Assembly: GCA_947569365.1 (NCBI GenBank)
Contig: CANOSM010000004.1
Span: 37,261-77,260 of the forward strand
Direction: 5' to 3'
DNA: 40,000 nucleotides
Source of the DNA: an uncultured Clostridium sp.
Lineage (GTDB): Bacteria > Bacillota > Clostridia > TANB77 > CAG-508
The position numbers and the translations under genes are program-made. The notes below the pieces were generated by a model. The model worked only from the letters and a program-made list of their open reading frames with translations, was not told the DNA's origin and did no database searches. The first letter of the stretch is position 1. Each line of letters begins with the position of its first letter. This document shows positions 27,544 through 36,393 of this stretch, in pieces.

Positions 27544-27963
27544 TTAAATAAAAGCTTCAAAATATTTTAGTGTATTATCACTACCAAAAATCAGCTCTAA
27601 TTGCTGAATATCCATCGAATTTAATGATGTAATAATAAATTCTAATGAATATTTATATTTAAGTAGAAGAATTTTTTCCATAAATTCATTCTCATGAATA
27701 AAACTGTGTTCATACAGAAAATGGATTATTTGAAATAAAATGTCTTCAGAGTAATCGGTAAGAATATGATTTAATTCATTAATATCAAAAAAGAATTTTT
27801 CTTTAATATTGGATAAATTATCATCTACCATACAAACTGTAATCCGATTATCTCTTTGCTGTATAAGCAAAGGATCGTAATTATCTCCTTCTTCTGGAAT
27901 GATTGCGAATTTCCTAGCAGAAAGACGCAGTGTTGATGGGTTACTTAAAGTTAGATTAATCAT
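27544..27963 (-). CDS. hypothetical protein (139 aa from the SD-supported ATG)
   Basis: ORF without a recognisable family. The GAAGGAG inside the listed 5' extension serves as SD for the ATG at 27963. Contains an in-frame AAT-CGG-ATT read as Arg. Confidence 0.45.
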   Translation of the reverse strand: MINLTLSNPSTLRLSARKFAIIPEEGDNYDPLLIQQRDNRITVCMVDDNLSNIKEKFFFDINELNHILTDYSEDILFQIIHFLYEHSFIHENEFMEKILLLKYKYSLEFIITSLNSMDIQQLELIFGSDNTLKYFEAFI

Positions 27964-28205
27964 GTATAAAACTCCTTCTTCCATTCCTTATATTATTATC
28001 ATAAAAAAATATATAATAATATTAACATAATGTAATATTATTATATATTTTATGCAGAAAAAGTTGACATAAGATAAAATAATATTAATTTATACTTAGT
28101 AATTATAAAGTTATATATATATAAAAGTAAATAAAAATAAATAAGAAAAAAGTTTAAAATAAAAAAAATTCAAATATACTGAAATTTTTTTGATTTAAAG
28201 TATAA

Positions 28206-28234
28206 TTGATTTTAAAAATTATATATGGTAAAAT
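28206..28234 (+). promoter_or_regulatory. sigma-A type promoter candidate (extended -10)
   Basis: TTGATT (28206-28211), 17-nt spacer ending in TGG, TAAAAT (28229-28234). Confidence 0.45.
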
Positions 28235-28266
28235 CTAATATATATTTACAAAGGAGATAAAATAGT

Positions 28267-28737
28267 ATGGTTAGTATGATAAGTTATTTACTTACTTTCT
28301 TAAGTATAATGTTTTGGTTTTTTAGATTAATAGTTGGATATTGTTATACTATGGAAATAGATATTGGTTTTGAGCCATTAAATTTAGGAATAGAAATTGC
28401 ACTATTATTTGCGTCAGTACCATGTATAATACTAATGATAAGAAGAAATTTACTTGGAACATTTATATATGCATTAATGTATTGGATGTATTTTGGTTCA
28501 GATTTAATAATGGTAATAAGTGAAATAATACAAGGTACATATACAAATTCATTAACTTCAACTGCTGTTGCTGCAATTGTTGGAGTAGGAATTCCTTTAT
28601 TTAATTTAATTGATGTTTATGTTAATAAAAATAGAACAGGAAAATTTGGGGATAAAAAAACTGATTGGTTTTATAAGAATAAAGATTATGATAGAAAATT
28701 TGATGAAAGAGCAGATAAAAATAATTATAAATTATAG
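28267..28737 (+). CDS. hypothetical integral membrane protein (about 4 TM helices)
   Basis: Four hydrophobic segments and a charged K/D-rich tail. AAGGAG SD upstream. Confidence 0.55.
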   Translation: MVSMISYLLTFLSIMFWFFRLIVGYCYTMEIDIGFEPLNLGIEIALLFASVPCIILMIRRNLLGTFIYALMYWMYFGSDLIMVISEIIQGTYTNSLTSTAVAAIVGVGIPLFNLIDVYVNKNRTGKFGDKKTDWFYKNKDYDRKFDERADKNNYKL

Positions 28738-28939
28738 ATTAAAAAAGATAAGATTCATTGTGCAGAATTACTTTGAATCTTATTTACTTTTAAATAAAGA
28801 ATATTTTGAAATATATACTATAATTGAAAAACATTACTTTTTATATTATAATCTAGATGAAAAATATATTTGTGATGTATTATAAAAAATATAAAATATA
28901 ATGTTCTATTAAATTAAAATATAGAGAGGAATTATAAAA

Positions 28940-29365
28940 ATGATTAATACAAAACTAACTAAAAAGGCAATGGTTATAGCATATAATGCACATATGAATC
29001 AGTTTGATAAAGCAGGAATTCCATATATTTTTCATCCAATTCATGTAGCAGAGAAAATGGATACAGAAAATGAATGTATTGTTGCACTTTTACATGATGT
29101 TGTTGAAGATACTAATATTACATTTAAACAATTAGAAAAAGAATTTCCAAAAGAAGTAATTGATGCACTAATATTATTAACACATGATAAAGATACTGAC
29201 TATATGGATTATATTAAAAAAATAAAAGATAATTATATTGCCAAGAATGTAAAGATTGCAGATATTATACATAATTCTGATGAGACTAGGCTAGATGAAA
29301 TTAAGCAGAAAGATATTATAAGAATAAATAAATATAAAAAAGCATTAGAATATCTATTAAATTAA
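28940..29365 (+). CDS. stand-alone RelA/SpoT-type HD domain protein ((p)ppGpp hydrolase-like, small alarmone hydrolase family)
   Basis: AYNAHMNQFDKAGIPYIFHPIHVAE...IVALLHDVVEDTNITFKQLEKEFPKEVIDALILLTH matches the HD_4 pattern (H-x-GQ-x-D/RK, PY-x-x-HP, LLHDvvEDT). Confidence 0.72.
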   Translation: MINTKLTKKAMVIAYNAHMNQFDKAGIPYIFHPIHVAEKMDTENECIVALLHDVVEDTNITFKQLEKEFPKEVIDALILLTHDKDTDYMDYIKKIKDNYIAKNVKIADIIHNSDETRLDEIKQKDIIRINKYKKALEYLLN

Positions 29366-29574
29366 ATTTAAAATAATATTAAAATATTAGTATAGTTTGA
29401 TAATAAACATAAATTTTATGAAAAAATGGGAGGACAATTAATAGCAGAAGATGAAGATAATGAAAATAAAAGAATTGTTCAAGTTAAATATTATTATAAA
29501 ATCAAATAAAATAACAGAAAGTAAAAAATAAATAAATTTAGATATTTTTAAATATAAGGAGTAAATGATAAGTA

Positions 29575-30087
29575 ATGATAAATGGAATAATAATTGCAGG
29601 ATTTGCAACTTGTGGAAAAAGTGTTTTAGGGAAGAAATATAGTAATGTAATTGATTTGGAGTCAAGTAATTATAAACATAATAATACTAATATTAAAAAT
29701 ATACCTATCGAAGCGAGAAAAGGCACCAAAAGAGAAATAAGTAAAGAGTGGCCAGATAATTACTATAATGCAATTAGTGAGGCTATAAAAAAGTATGATA
29801 TAGTTTTAGTTCAATTAAAACCTGAACATTTTGACTATTTTGATAAAAACAATATAAAATATAGTATAGCATATCCAAATATTAATAATTGGGAAGAAGT
29901 TGAGAAAAAATGTATTAATAGAGGGAATAATGAAAACTTTATTAGAAAACTAAAGCAAGTATTTATACCATTTTATGAAGATTCCATACAAAGAAATTAT
30001 GAGAATTTATATATTATTAATGAAAATGAAACATTAGAAAGTGTTTTAATAAAAAATAATGTTAAATTAATAGAAAAACATAATTAA
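29575..30087 (+). CDS. P-loop NTPase / putative small kinase
   Basis: N-terminal Walker A in a beta-strand context (IIIAGFATCGKSVLGKK). 170 aa. No further family assignment is possible. Confidence 0.5.
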   Translation: MINGIIIAGFATCGKSVLGKKYSNVIDLESSNYKHNNTNIKNIPIEARKGTKREISKEWPDNYYNAISEAIKKYDIVLVQLKPEHFDYFDKNNIKYSIAYPNINNWEEVEKKCINRGNNENFIRKLKQVFIPFYEDSIQRNYENLYIINENETLESVLIKNNVKLIEKHN

Positions 30088-30180
30088 AACTTATCAGAGA
30101 AAAAATTAAAAAACTTTATATTTATTATGATATAAAAATTATAAAGTAATTTTTATAACTAAATGAGAAGGAGCAAATTA

Positions 30181-31074
30181 ATGGTAGATTTACATATACA
30201 TACAATATATTCTGATGGAGATAGAACTATAGATGAGATATTAAAATTATGTGAAGAAAAGAAATTAGAATATATTTCGATAACTGACCATAACACATGC
30301 AAAGCATATTATGACCAATCTTTAAAGAATAATAAAATATTTAAAGGCAAGATAATAAAAGGTGTTGAAATGAATGCAACATTTCAAAATAAAAAAATTG
30401 AAATTCTAGGTTATAATATAAAAGAAACACAAATAATAGAAGAGTGGTCACAAAAGTTTTTTTCAGAAGAAGTATTAAGAAAACAGTAACAGGAGTCAAA
30501 GAGGAAATTTTTAGATATATGTGATAAAAAAGGTATTATTTATGATGAAAGTAAAATACCAAGGGATGTTCCTTTAACAGATTATATAACAATATATATT
30601 TATAAAGAATTAATTAAACATAAAGAGAATCATAAAATTCTTGGTGAATATGCAAAATCATTAAATCTATTTATTAGAAAAGGATTAATGAATCCAGAAA
30701 GCGAATATTATACTGGCAGTGATGATTTGGCAAATCCAATATATGAAGATGTAATAGATATTATACATAGATCAGGAGGTTTAGCTTTTTTGGCGCATCC
30801 TTTTGAATATAGAATTGAAGATACAATTAAATTTCTTGATGATTTAATGAAGAAAAACGAGTTAGATGGAATAGAATGTTTTCATCCATCTGCTAATGAA
30901 AATGCAACGAATATATTAGTGGAATATGCAAAAAAAAATAATTTATATATTAGTGGTGGAAGTGATTATCATGGAAGCAAAAAGCCTAATATAGAAATTG
31001 GAACAGGTGATGGAAATTTAAAAATTTCTAGAAAAATGATAGAAGAATGGATAGATATAGGGGAAAATAAATAG
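30181..31074 (+). pseudogene. PHP-domain phosphoesterase (TrpH/YciV-like) with an in-frame TAA
   Basis: VDLHIHTIYSDGD and ITDHNT at the N-terminus; LAHPFEY, ECFHP and GGSDYHG at the C-terminus. Both ORFs are in the same frame, separated only by TAA at 30487-30489 (..LRKQ*QESKRK..). The ATG at 30181 follows a GAAGGAG SD. Confidence 0.7.
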
Positions 31075-31217
31075 ATAAAATTTAGTAAAAGTAACTTTAA
31101 CTACAAATAGAAATAAAAAAAATGCTTATATGAAGTATTAAAAATAGGTTTTGCATATTTTAATTAATAATAAAATAATGTAAATCAAATTAAATTTTAA
31201 CTTATAGGAGAAATATA

Positions 31218-31666
31218 ATGGAACCAGAAAGATCACACTTAGATGTGCAGTACATTTATTTTTAGTTGTTGATGGCAAAATATTAGTTGAAAAAAGAAAA
31301 AATAGAGAGTATTGCAACGGAGAATATGATGTTATTGCTTCACATATTCTAGGTGGAGAAAATGCAATTGATGCAGTGATAAGAACTGCTAAAACAGAAG
31401 TAAATATAGTAATTAAAAGGGAAGACTTAGAGATAATACAGGTAATGCATCAAAATGATAATGGACTAGAATATATAAATTATTTTTTTCTAGCTACTAA
31501 ATATTCTGGAATAATAAATAATAATGAACCACAATTTTGTGAAAATTTAGAATGGGTAGATTTTAAATATCCAGTAAACAATTTAGAAAAATACATTAAT
31601 GAAGCAATTAAAAATTATCTTGATAACCAAAATGAAAGATTTACATTTTATGGGTGGAAAAACTAA
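31218..31666 (+). pseudogene. Nudix-fold protein, 5' frameshifted and with a degenerate Nudix box
   Basis: The SD-supported ATG at 31218 is 1 nt out of frame with the long open frame (31208-31666), which encodes RCAVHLFLVVDGKILVEKRKN...GGENAIDAVIRTAKTEVNI. That frame has no start codon before GTG 31376. REXXEE is replaced by RTAKTE. Confidence 0.5.
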
Positions 31667-31856
31667 ATTTTCCAAAAACAGTGAAGAGAAAATTGAAGAA
31701 ATCATTATAATTTCACATTACGAATCTAATTACCATAAAATTAATTTAATAAATGAAGTATTGAAAAATGTGAGATTGAAAAAAGTTTAAAGCAGTAAGA
31801 GATGGAAAAGTAATTATTTAATAATAGAAAATAATAATTACTTAAAGGAGGTATTT

Positions 31857-32832
31857 ATGAATTCAAATAACAATAAAATAATGATTTATGAAGATAAAGA
31901 TGGCGTGACAAAGGTAAATGTTAAATTTATGAATGAAGATTTATGGATTACTCAAAATCAACTAGCAGAGATTTATAAAACTACTCAACAAAATATTAGC
32001 TTACATATAAAAAGTATTTATAATGATGCTGAGCTTCAAGAAAATTTAACTAACAAGAAATTCTTGTTAGTTCAAAAAGAAGAAAATAGAGAAGTAAAGA
32101 GAAATATAGATCATTATAATTTAGATATGATAATTGCTTTAGGATATAGAGTTCAATCAGAAGTAGCAGTAAGATTTAGAATATGGGCAACTGGGAAGTT
32201 ACACGAATACATACAAAAAGGTTTCACAATGGATGATGAAAGATTAAAACAAGGTGGAAATAGATATTTTAGAGAACTATTACAACGAATTAGAGATATC
32301 CGTTCAAGTGAAAGAAACTTTTATCAACAAGTAACAGATATATATGCAACAAGCATTGATTATGATCCAAGAAGTGATATGACAAAGAAATTCTTTGCGA
32401 CAGTGTAAAATAAATTACATTATGCAGTACATGAACATACAGCATCAGAGTTAATTTATGATAGAGTAGATAATGAAAAACCTTATGTAGGAATGAAAAA
32501 TTTTAAAGGAGATTATATTACAATAGATGATGTGAAAATTGCTAAAAATTATTTGTCAGAAATAGAATTACAAAGACTTAATTTATTTTTTAGATTATGC
32601 AGAATTGCAAGCATTAGAGCAAAGAAGTATGAAAATGTCAGATTGGATAGAAGAACTAGATAATCAAATATTATTGAATAGAAGAAAAATATTAGAAGGC
32701 AATGGTAAAATATCTCATGAAGAAGCAATAAAAAAAGCAGAAAAAGAATTTAATATTTATCGTGAAAGAGAAATGAGAGAATTACAAAGTGATTTTGACT
32801 TGATGATGAAATCATTACCAAATAAAAATTAA
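31857..32832 (+). pseudogene. RhuM family virulence/Fic-associated protein, nonsense plus frameshift
   Basis: Family pattern IMIYEDKDG...VNVKF..EDLWITQNQLAEIY..TQQNISLHIKSIY...FRIWATGKL..Y. There is an in-frame TAA at 32406-32408 where the family has FFATVQNKLHYA. A frame change occurs at the T6 run 32586-32591 (..LQRLNLFF / LDYAELQALEQ..). Confidence 0.8.
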
Positions 32833-32878
32833 ATTATATTCCGTCGAATTCGACGTGTTAATAAAGAAGGTGAAATAG

Positions 32879-32938
32879 ATGAGTGATAATAAAGAAGATA
32901 ATCAAGAGGTGTTTTCTAAAACCTCCATCAACTGGTAA
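32879..32938 (+). pseudogene. displaced, diverged copy of the rbgA 5' end (19 codons)
   Basis: Encodes MSDNKEDNQEVFSKTSINW*, compared with MNNNDENMSKMNINWYPGH at the intact rbgA start (34839). The SD regions are similar, and ATCAACTGGTA (32927-32937) matches ATTAACTGGTA (34875-34885). Confidence 0.5.
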
Positions 32939-33033
32939 AGCCTGATTTTAGCAAAACCATTTAAAAGTATTGAAAAATAAGCATTTCTTTTAAATAAGTT
33001 TTTACATAATTATGAAAAAATAGGAGGAATTAT

Positions 33034-33915
33034 TTGAAAAAAGATTTAATAAAGACAGAAATGATAGTAAAAGATACTATAGTAAATGTAATTAGAATTA
33101 ACGGAAGTAATTACATATCTTTAACAGATTTAGCGAGATATGCTAATCCAGAAGAACCTAAAATTCCAATACAAACATGGATGCGAAATAAAAACGTTAT
33201 TTCATTTTTAGGACTTTGGGAACAAATGTACAATTCAAATTTCAAAGGTATCGAATTCGAGACCTTTGAAAATGAAGCAGGAAAAAATAGTTTTTATTTA
33301 TCTCCGCAAAAATGGATAAATACTACAAATGCAATAGGAATCATTTCTAAATCAGGCAATAATGGCGGAACATATGCGCATTCAGATATAGCATTTGAAT
33401 TTGCAAGTTGGTTAAGTCCAGAATTTAAACTTTATTTGATTCAAGAATTTGAAAGATTAAAGAAAAACGAAGCCTATCAAAATCAAGTAGAATGGCATGC
33501 AAATAGAATGCTATCTAAAGTAAATTATTTAATACATACAGATTCAATAAAAAAGAATATTATACCGATGTTATCAGATAAACAGAAAAACTATGTTTAT
33601 GCAGAAGAAGCTGATGTGTTAAATGTAGCTTTATTTGGTATGACAGCTAAGGAGTGGAGAGAGAAATATCCTGAATTAGCTAAAGAAGGAAATATAAGAG
33701 ATTATACGGATTTATTACACTTGATTATTTTGAGTAATCTTGAAGCAAAAAATGCGGACTTAATAGCAAGTGGAATATTACAGAAAGATAGATTGGTAAT
33801 ATTGAATCAAACAGCTAAAGAACAAGTTGAATTGTTAGAGAATAATAAGAATATTAAAGAACTGCAAAGTTTACAAACAAACGTAAATAAGAAATTAATA
33901 AAAGATAAGAATTAA
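33034..33915 (+). CDS. KilA-N domain-containing protein
   Basis: TTG start after a TAGGAGG SD. NGSNYISLTDLARY...TWMRNKNVISFLGLWE...GGTYAHSDIAFEFASWLSPEFKLYLIQEFERLK is the typical KilA-N family block. Confidence 0.8.
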   Translation: MKKDLIKTEMIVKDTIVNVIRINGSNYISLTDLARYANPEEPKIPIQTWMRNKNVISFLGLWEQMYNSNFKGIEFETFENEAGKNSFYLSPQKWINTTNAIGIISKSGNNGGTYAHSDIAFEFASWLSPEFKLYLIQEFERLKKNEAYQNQVEWHANRMLSKVNYLIHTDSIKKNIIPMLSDKQKNYVYAEEADVLNVALFGMTAKEWREKYPELAKEGNIRDYTDLLHLIILSNLEAKNADLIASGILQKDRLVILNQTAKEQVELLENNKNIKELQSLQTNVNKKLIKDKN

Positions 33916-33930
33916 AAGGAAGTAATAATT

Positions 33931-34818
33931 GTGAGTAATAGTAAAAATAACAATGTAGAAAATATTTATTTTAGTGAAATAGAATTTTATAATAAGAGTA
34001 TGATTACTACTACAGATATGGAAAATGTATTTATAAATGAAGATTTATTTAAAACGCCATTATATAAAAAAATAGAAATTGATGAAAATACAATGAATTA
34101 TAAGTTTTTTCCATATGATAGTTTGAAATTAGAATTATATTGTAATGAGTGTAAAAAAAGAAGGATATATTCTTTTATGAATTCTAGAAATGCATTTATT
34201 AATATGGCACCAGGAGCATTAAGAAGTAGTGTTAAAGATGAATTTGAAAGAATAAACTTCTTTAGATTAATTGCTCAAGCTGATTGTGGACATCATGTAG
34301 TGACCGAATTTAGAGTTATAGATAAAAATCATATTGAAAAGATTGGTCAATATCCATCAATATACGATATGAATGAAGAAATAAATAACAAGCAATTTCT
34401 GAAGTTATTGGATGAAGAATATGTTTCTTATTATAAAACAGCTTGTTCTTTATATAGTTTTAATTCCTGCATAGGGGCATTAACTTATCTTAGAAGAATA
34501 TTTGAACAATTGCTAATTGAGATATTTAATTATAATAAAGATAAAATATCAATAAAATTTGATGATTATAAAAAAATGAAAATGAAGGAAAAAGTCAATG
34601 AGATAAAAAGTTATTTGCCACAAATTATGCAAGAACAAGGATTTAATACGATATATACTAAAATAAGCGATGGTATCCATAATTTAAGTGAAGAAGAATG
34701 TTCTACTATATTCCCTGTTTTAAAGGAAGGAATTGAGGAAATTTTAATTGAGAGATTAGAAGAAAAAAATAAAGAAAAACGTAGGAAAGAAATTTCTGAT
34801 AAGTTAAATAATTTATAA
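33931..34818 (+). CDS. hypothetical protein with a CxxC...CGHH zinc-ribbon-like N-region and a DUF4145-like C-region
   Basis: GTG start 15 nt after the KilA-N stop. CNECKKRR...ADCGHH pair. The C-terminal helical region (YYKTACSLYSFNSCIGALTYLRRIFEQLL...ISDGIHNLSEEE) resembles DUF4145 as I recall it. Confidence 0.5.
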   Translation: MSNSKNNNVENIYFSEIEFYNKSMITTTDMENVFINEDLFKTPLYKKIEIDENTMNYKFFPYDSLKLELYCNECKKRRIYSFMNSRNAFINMAPGALRSSVKDEFERINFFRLIAQADCGHHVVTEFRVIDKNHIEKIGQYPSIYDMNEEINNKQFLKLLDEEYVSYYKTACSLYSFNSCIGALTYLRRIFEQLLIEIFNYNKDKISIKFDDYKKMKMKEKVNEIKSYLPQIMQEQGFNTIYTKISDGIHNLSEEECSTIFPVLKEGIEEILIERLEEKNKEKRRKEISDKLNNL

Positions 34819-34838
34819 TTAAGTAGGAAGTGATATAA

Positions 34839-35732
34839 ATGAATAATAATGATGAAAATATGTCAAAAATGAACATTAACTGGTATCCTGGACACATGGC
34901 AAAAACTAAACGTCAAATAATAGATGATTTAAAATTAATAGATGTTGTTATAGAATTATTAGATGCTAGAATACCAATAGCTAGTAGAAATCCAGATTTT
35001 GATATAATAGCAAAAAATAAAAAAAGAATAGTAATACTAAATAAATCAGATTTAGCAAGTGATGTAGAAAATAAAAAATGGATAGAATACTTTAAAGAAA
35101 AAGGAATAGTAGCAATAGTAGTAGACTCAAATTCTGGAAAAGGTGTGGACAAAGTTCCTAAAGAAATTGAAAAAATTATGAATGAAGATATTTCAAAGAT
35201 AAAGGAAAAAGGAATTATAAGAAAAACAATTAGAGTTATGATACTAGGTATTCCAAATGTTGGTAAATCTTCATTTATTAATAGAATATCTAAAAAAGCC
35301 ACTATGAAAGTTGGAAATAGACCAGGAGTTACAAGACAAAAACAATGGATTCGTATAGGAAATCAAATTGAATTATTAGATACACCAGGTGTATTATGGC
35401 CAAAATTTGATGAAGATGTTGGACTTAAATTAGCATATACTGGCTCTATTAAAGATGATATATTAGATAAAGTTGATGTAGCATATAATCTTATTAAAGA
35501 ATTAATAGATACTAACAAAGAAAATATAAAAAGTAGATACAATATAACAGATGAAGAATATAATTCTTGTATAAAAGAAGAAAATTATGCACTTGAGTTT
35601 ATGTTTTTAATAGGAAGAAAAAGAGGAGCCTTGATTTCAGGTGGAGAGATAGACTTAGAAAGAACAGCTGGAATTATATTAGATGACTTTAGATCAGGAA
35701 AAACTGGAAAAATAACTTTAGAAATGTTATAA
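34839..35732 (+). CDS. rbgA: ribosome biogenesis GTPase A (YlqF/RbgA)
   Basis: INWYPGHMAK motif and circularly permuted GTPase order: NKSDL (G4), GIPNVGKSSFINR (G1), DTPGVLWPK (G3). Confidence 0.92.
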   Translation: MNNNDENMSKMNINWYPGHMAKTKRQIIDDLKLIDVVIELLDARIPIASRNPDFDIIAKNKKRIVILNKSDLASDVENKKWIEYFKEKGIVAIVVDSNSGKGVDKVPKEIEKIMNEDISKIKEKGIIRKTIRVMILGIPNVGKSSFINRISKKATMKVGNRPGVTRQKQWIRIGNQIELLDTPGVLWPKFDEDVGLKLAYTGSIKDDILDKVDVAYNLIKELIDTNKENIKSRYNITDEEYNSCIKEENYALEFMFLIGRKRGALISGGEIDLERTAGIILDDFRSGKTGKITLEML

Positions 35733-35770
35733 TACAAAGTAGGTTTATATTAACCTACTTTGTATTTTTA
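35732..35770 (+). terminator. rho-independent terminator after rbgA
   Basis: 14-bp perfect stem ATACAAAGTAGGTT (35732-35745) / AACCTACTTTGTAT (35752-35765), followed by TTTT. Confidence 0.8.
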
Positions 35771-35782
35771 GGAGAAAAGAAA

Positions 35783-36190
35783 TTGGAATTAATAGATAGA
35801 GAAAAAGATATAATGGATGTAAAAATGTTATCACCACTTACATGGGCATATATTGGAGATAGTGTATATGAGATGTATATAAGAACATATTTAATAAATA
35901 AAACAAAACTAAAACCTCATAAATTACATATAGAATCAATAAAATATGTAAAAGCAAAATCACAAGCAGATATATTAAAAAAAATAGATGATATGCTAAC
36001 AGATGAAGAAAAAGATATAGTAAGAAGAGGAAGAAATGCAGAAAATCATCATTTGCCAAAGAATGCAGATCCAGAAGATTATATGTATTCAACAGCTTTT
36101 GAAGCACTAATTGGATATTTATATTTAACGAAACAAGATGAAAGGCTAAGACATATATTAGAGAAATGTATTAATAACGATAAAAAATAA
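35783..36190 (+). CDS. mrnC: Mini-ribonuclease 3 (Mini-III, 23S rRNA maturation)
   Basis: LTWAYIGDSVYEMYIRTYL (RNase III signature-like) and FEALIGYLYL. 135 aa from a TTG start; an internal ATG start is also possible. Confidence 0.85.
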   Translation: MELIDREKDIMDVKMLSPLTWAYIGDSVYEMYIRTYLINKTKLKPHKLHIESIKYVKAKSQADILKKIDDMLTDEEKDIVRRGRNAENHHLPKNADPEDYMYSTAFEALIGYLYLTKQDERLRHILEKCINNDKK

Positions 36191-36214
36191 AGAAAGTTAT
36201 ATTAATAAATATGC

Positions 36215-36244
36215 TTGACTATTGATAGAAAGATGTGGTATAAA
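36215..36244 (+). promoter_or_regulatory. sigma-A promoter (extended -10) for the tRNA gene
   Basis: TTGACT (36215-36220), then TG-G-TATAAA (36236-36244), 18 nt ahead of the tRNA 5' end. Confidence 0.6.
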
Positions 36245-36261
36245 TATGTAGTACTAAATAA

Positions 36262-36336
36262 GGCCCCTTGGTCAAGCGGTTAAGACGCCACCCTCTCAAG
36301 GTGGAATCATGGGTTCGATTCCCGTAGGGGTCACCA
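36262..36336 (+). tRNA. tRNA-Glu (anticodon CUC), CCA encoded
   Basis: 75 nt. Acceptor GGCCCCT/AGGGGTC. D arm GTC-AAGCGGTTAA-GAC. Anticodon stem CCACC/GGTGG with loop CU-CUC-AA. T arm ATGGG-TTCGATT-CCCGT. Terminal ACCA. The backbone matches Firmicute tRNA-Glu. Confidence 0.9.
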
Positions 36337-36351
36337 AACTATAAAAGATTG

Positions 36352-36393
36352 GAGTATTAGGAAGTATTTAGGACTTCTTAATACTCTATTTTT
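36352..36393 (+). terminator. rho-independent terminator after tRNA-Glu
   Basis: GAGTATTAGGAAGT (36352-36365) pairs with ACTTCTTAATACTC (36373-36386, one mismatch), followed by a TATTTTT tail. Confidence 0.7.

Noticed and set aside
28610-28885. 91-aa ORF overlapping the end of the membrane-protein gene; also 21142-21336, 29438-29665, 31599-31790, 36706-36936 and 39150-39392
   Set aside because: These are out-of-frame overlaps with better-supported genes or lie in AT-rich intergenic DNA. They have no SD and implausible composition.
30487-32408. In-frame TAA codons in the PHP and RhuM genes as possible stop-codon reassignment or readthrough
   Set aside because: TAA is the terminator of most well-supported genes in this window (leuS, pilB, rbgA, ruvX and others), so reassignment is implausible. 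RhuM also carries a frameshift, which fits ordinary pseudogenisation.
34913-35302. 129-aa minus-strand ORF inside rbgA, and similar antisense ORFs at 3504-3725, 4536-4733, 5386-5631, 9725-10054, 15004-15339, 17373-17827, 22275-22503, 35838-36107 and 36988-37194
   Set aside because: All overlap confidently identified genes on the other strand and lack recognisable motifs or SD sequences.
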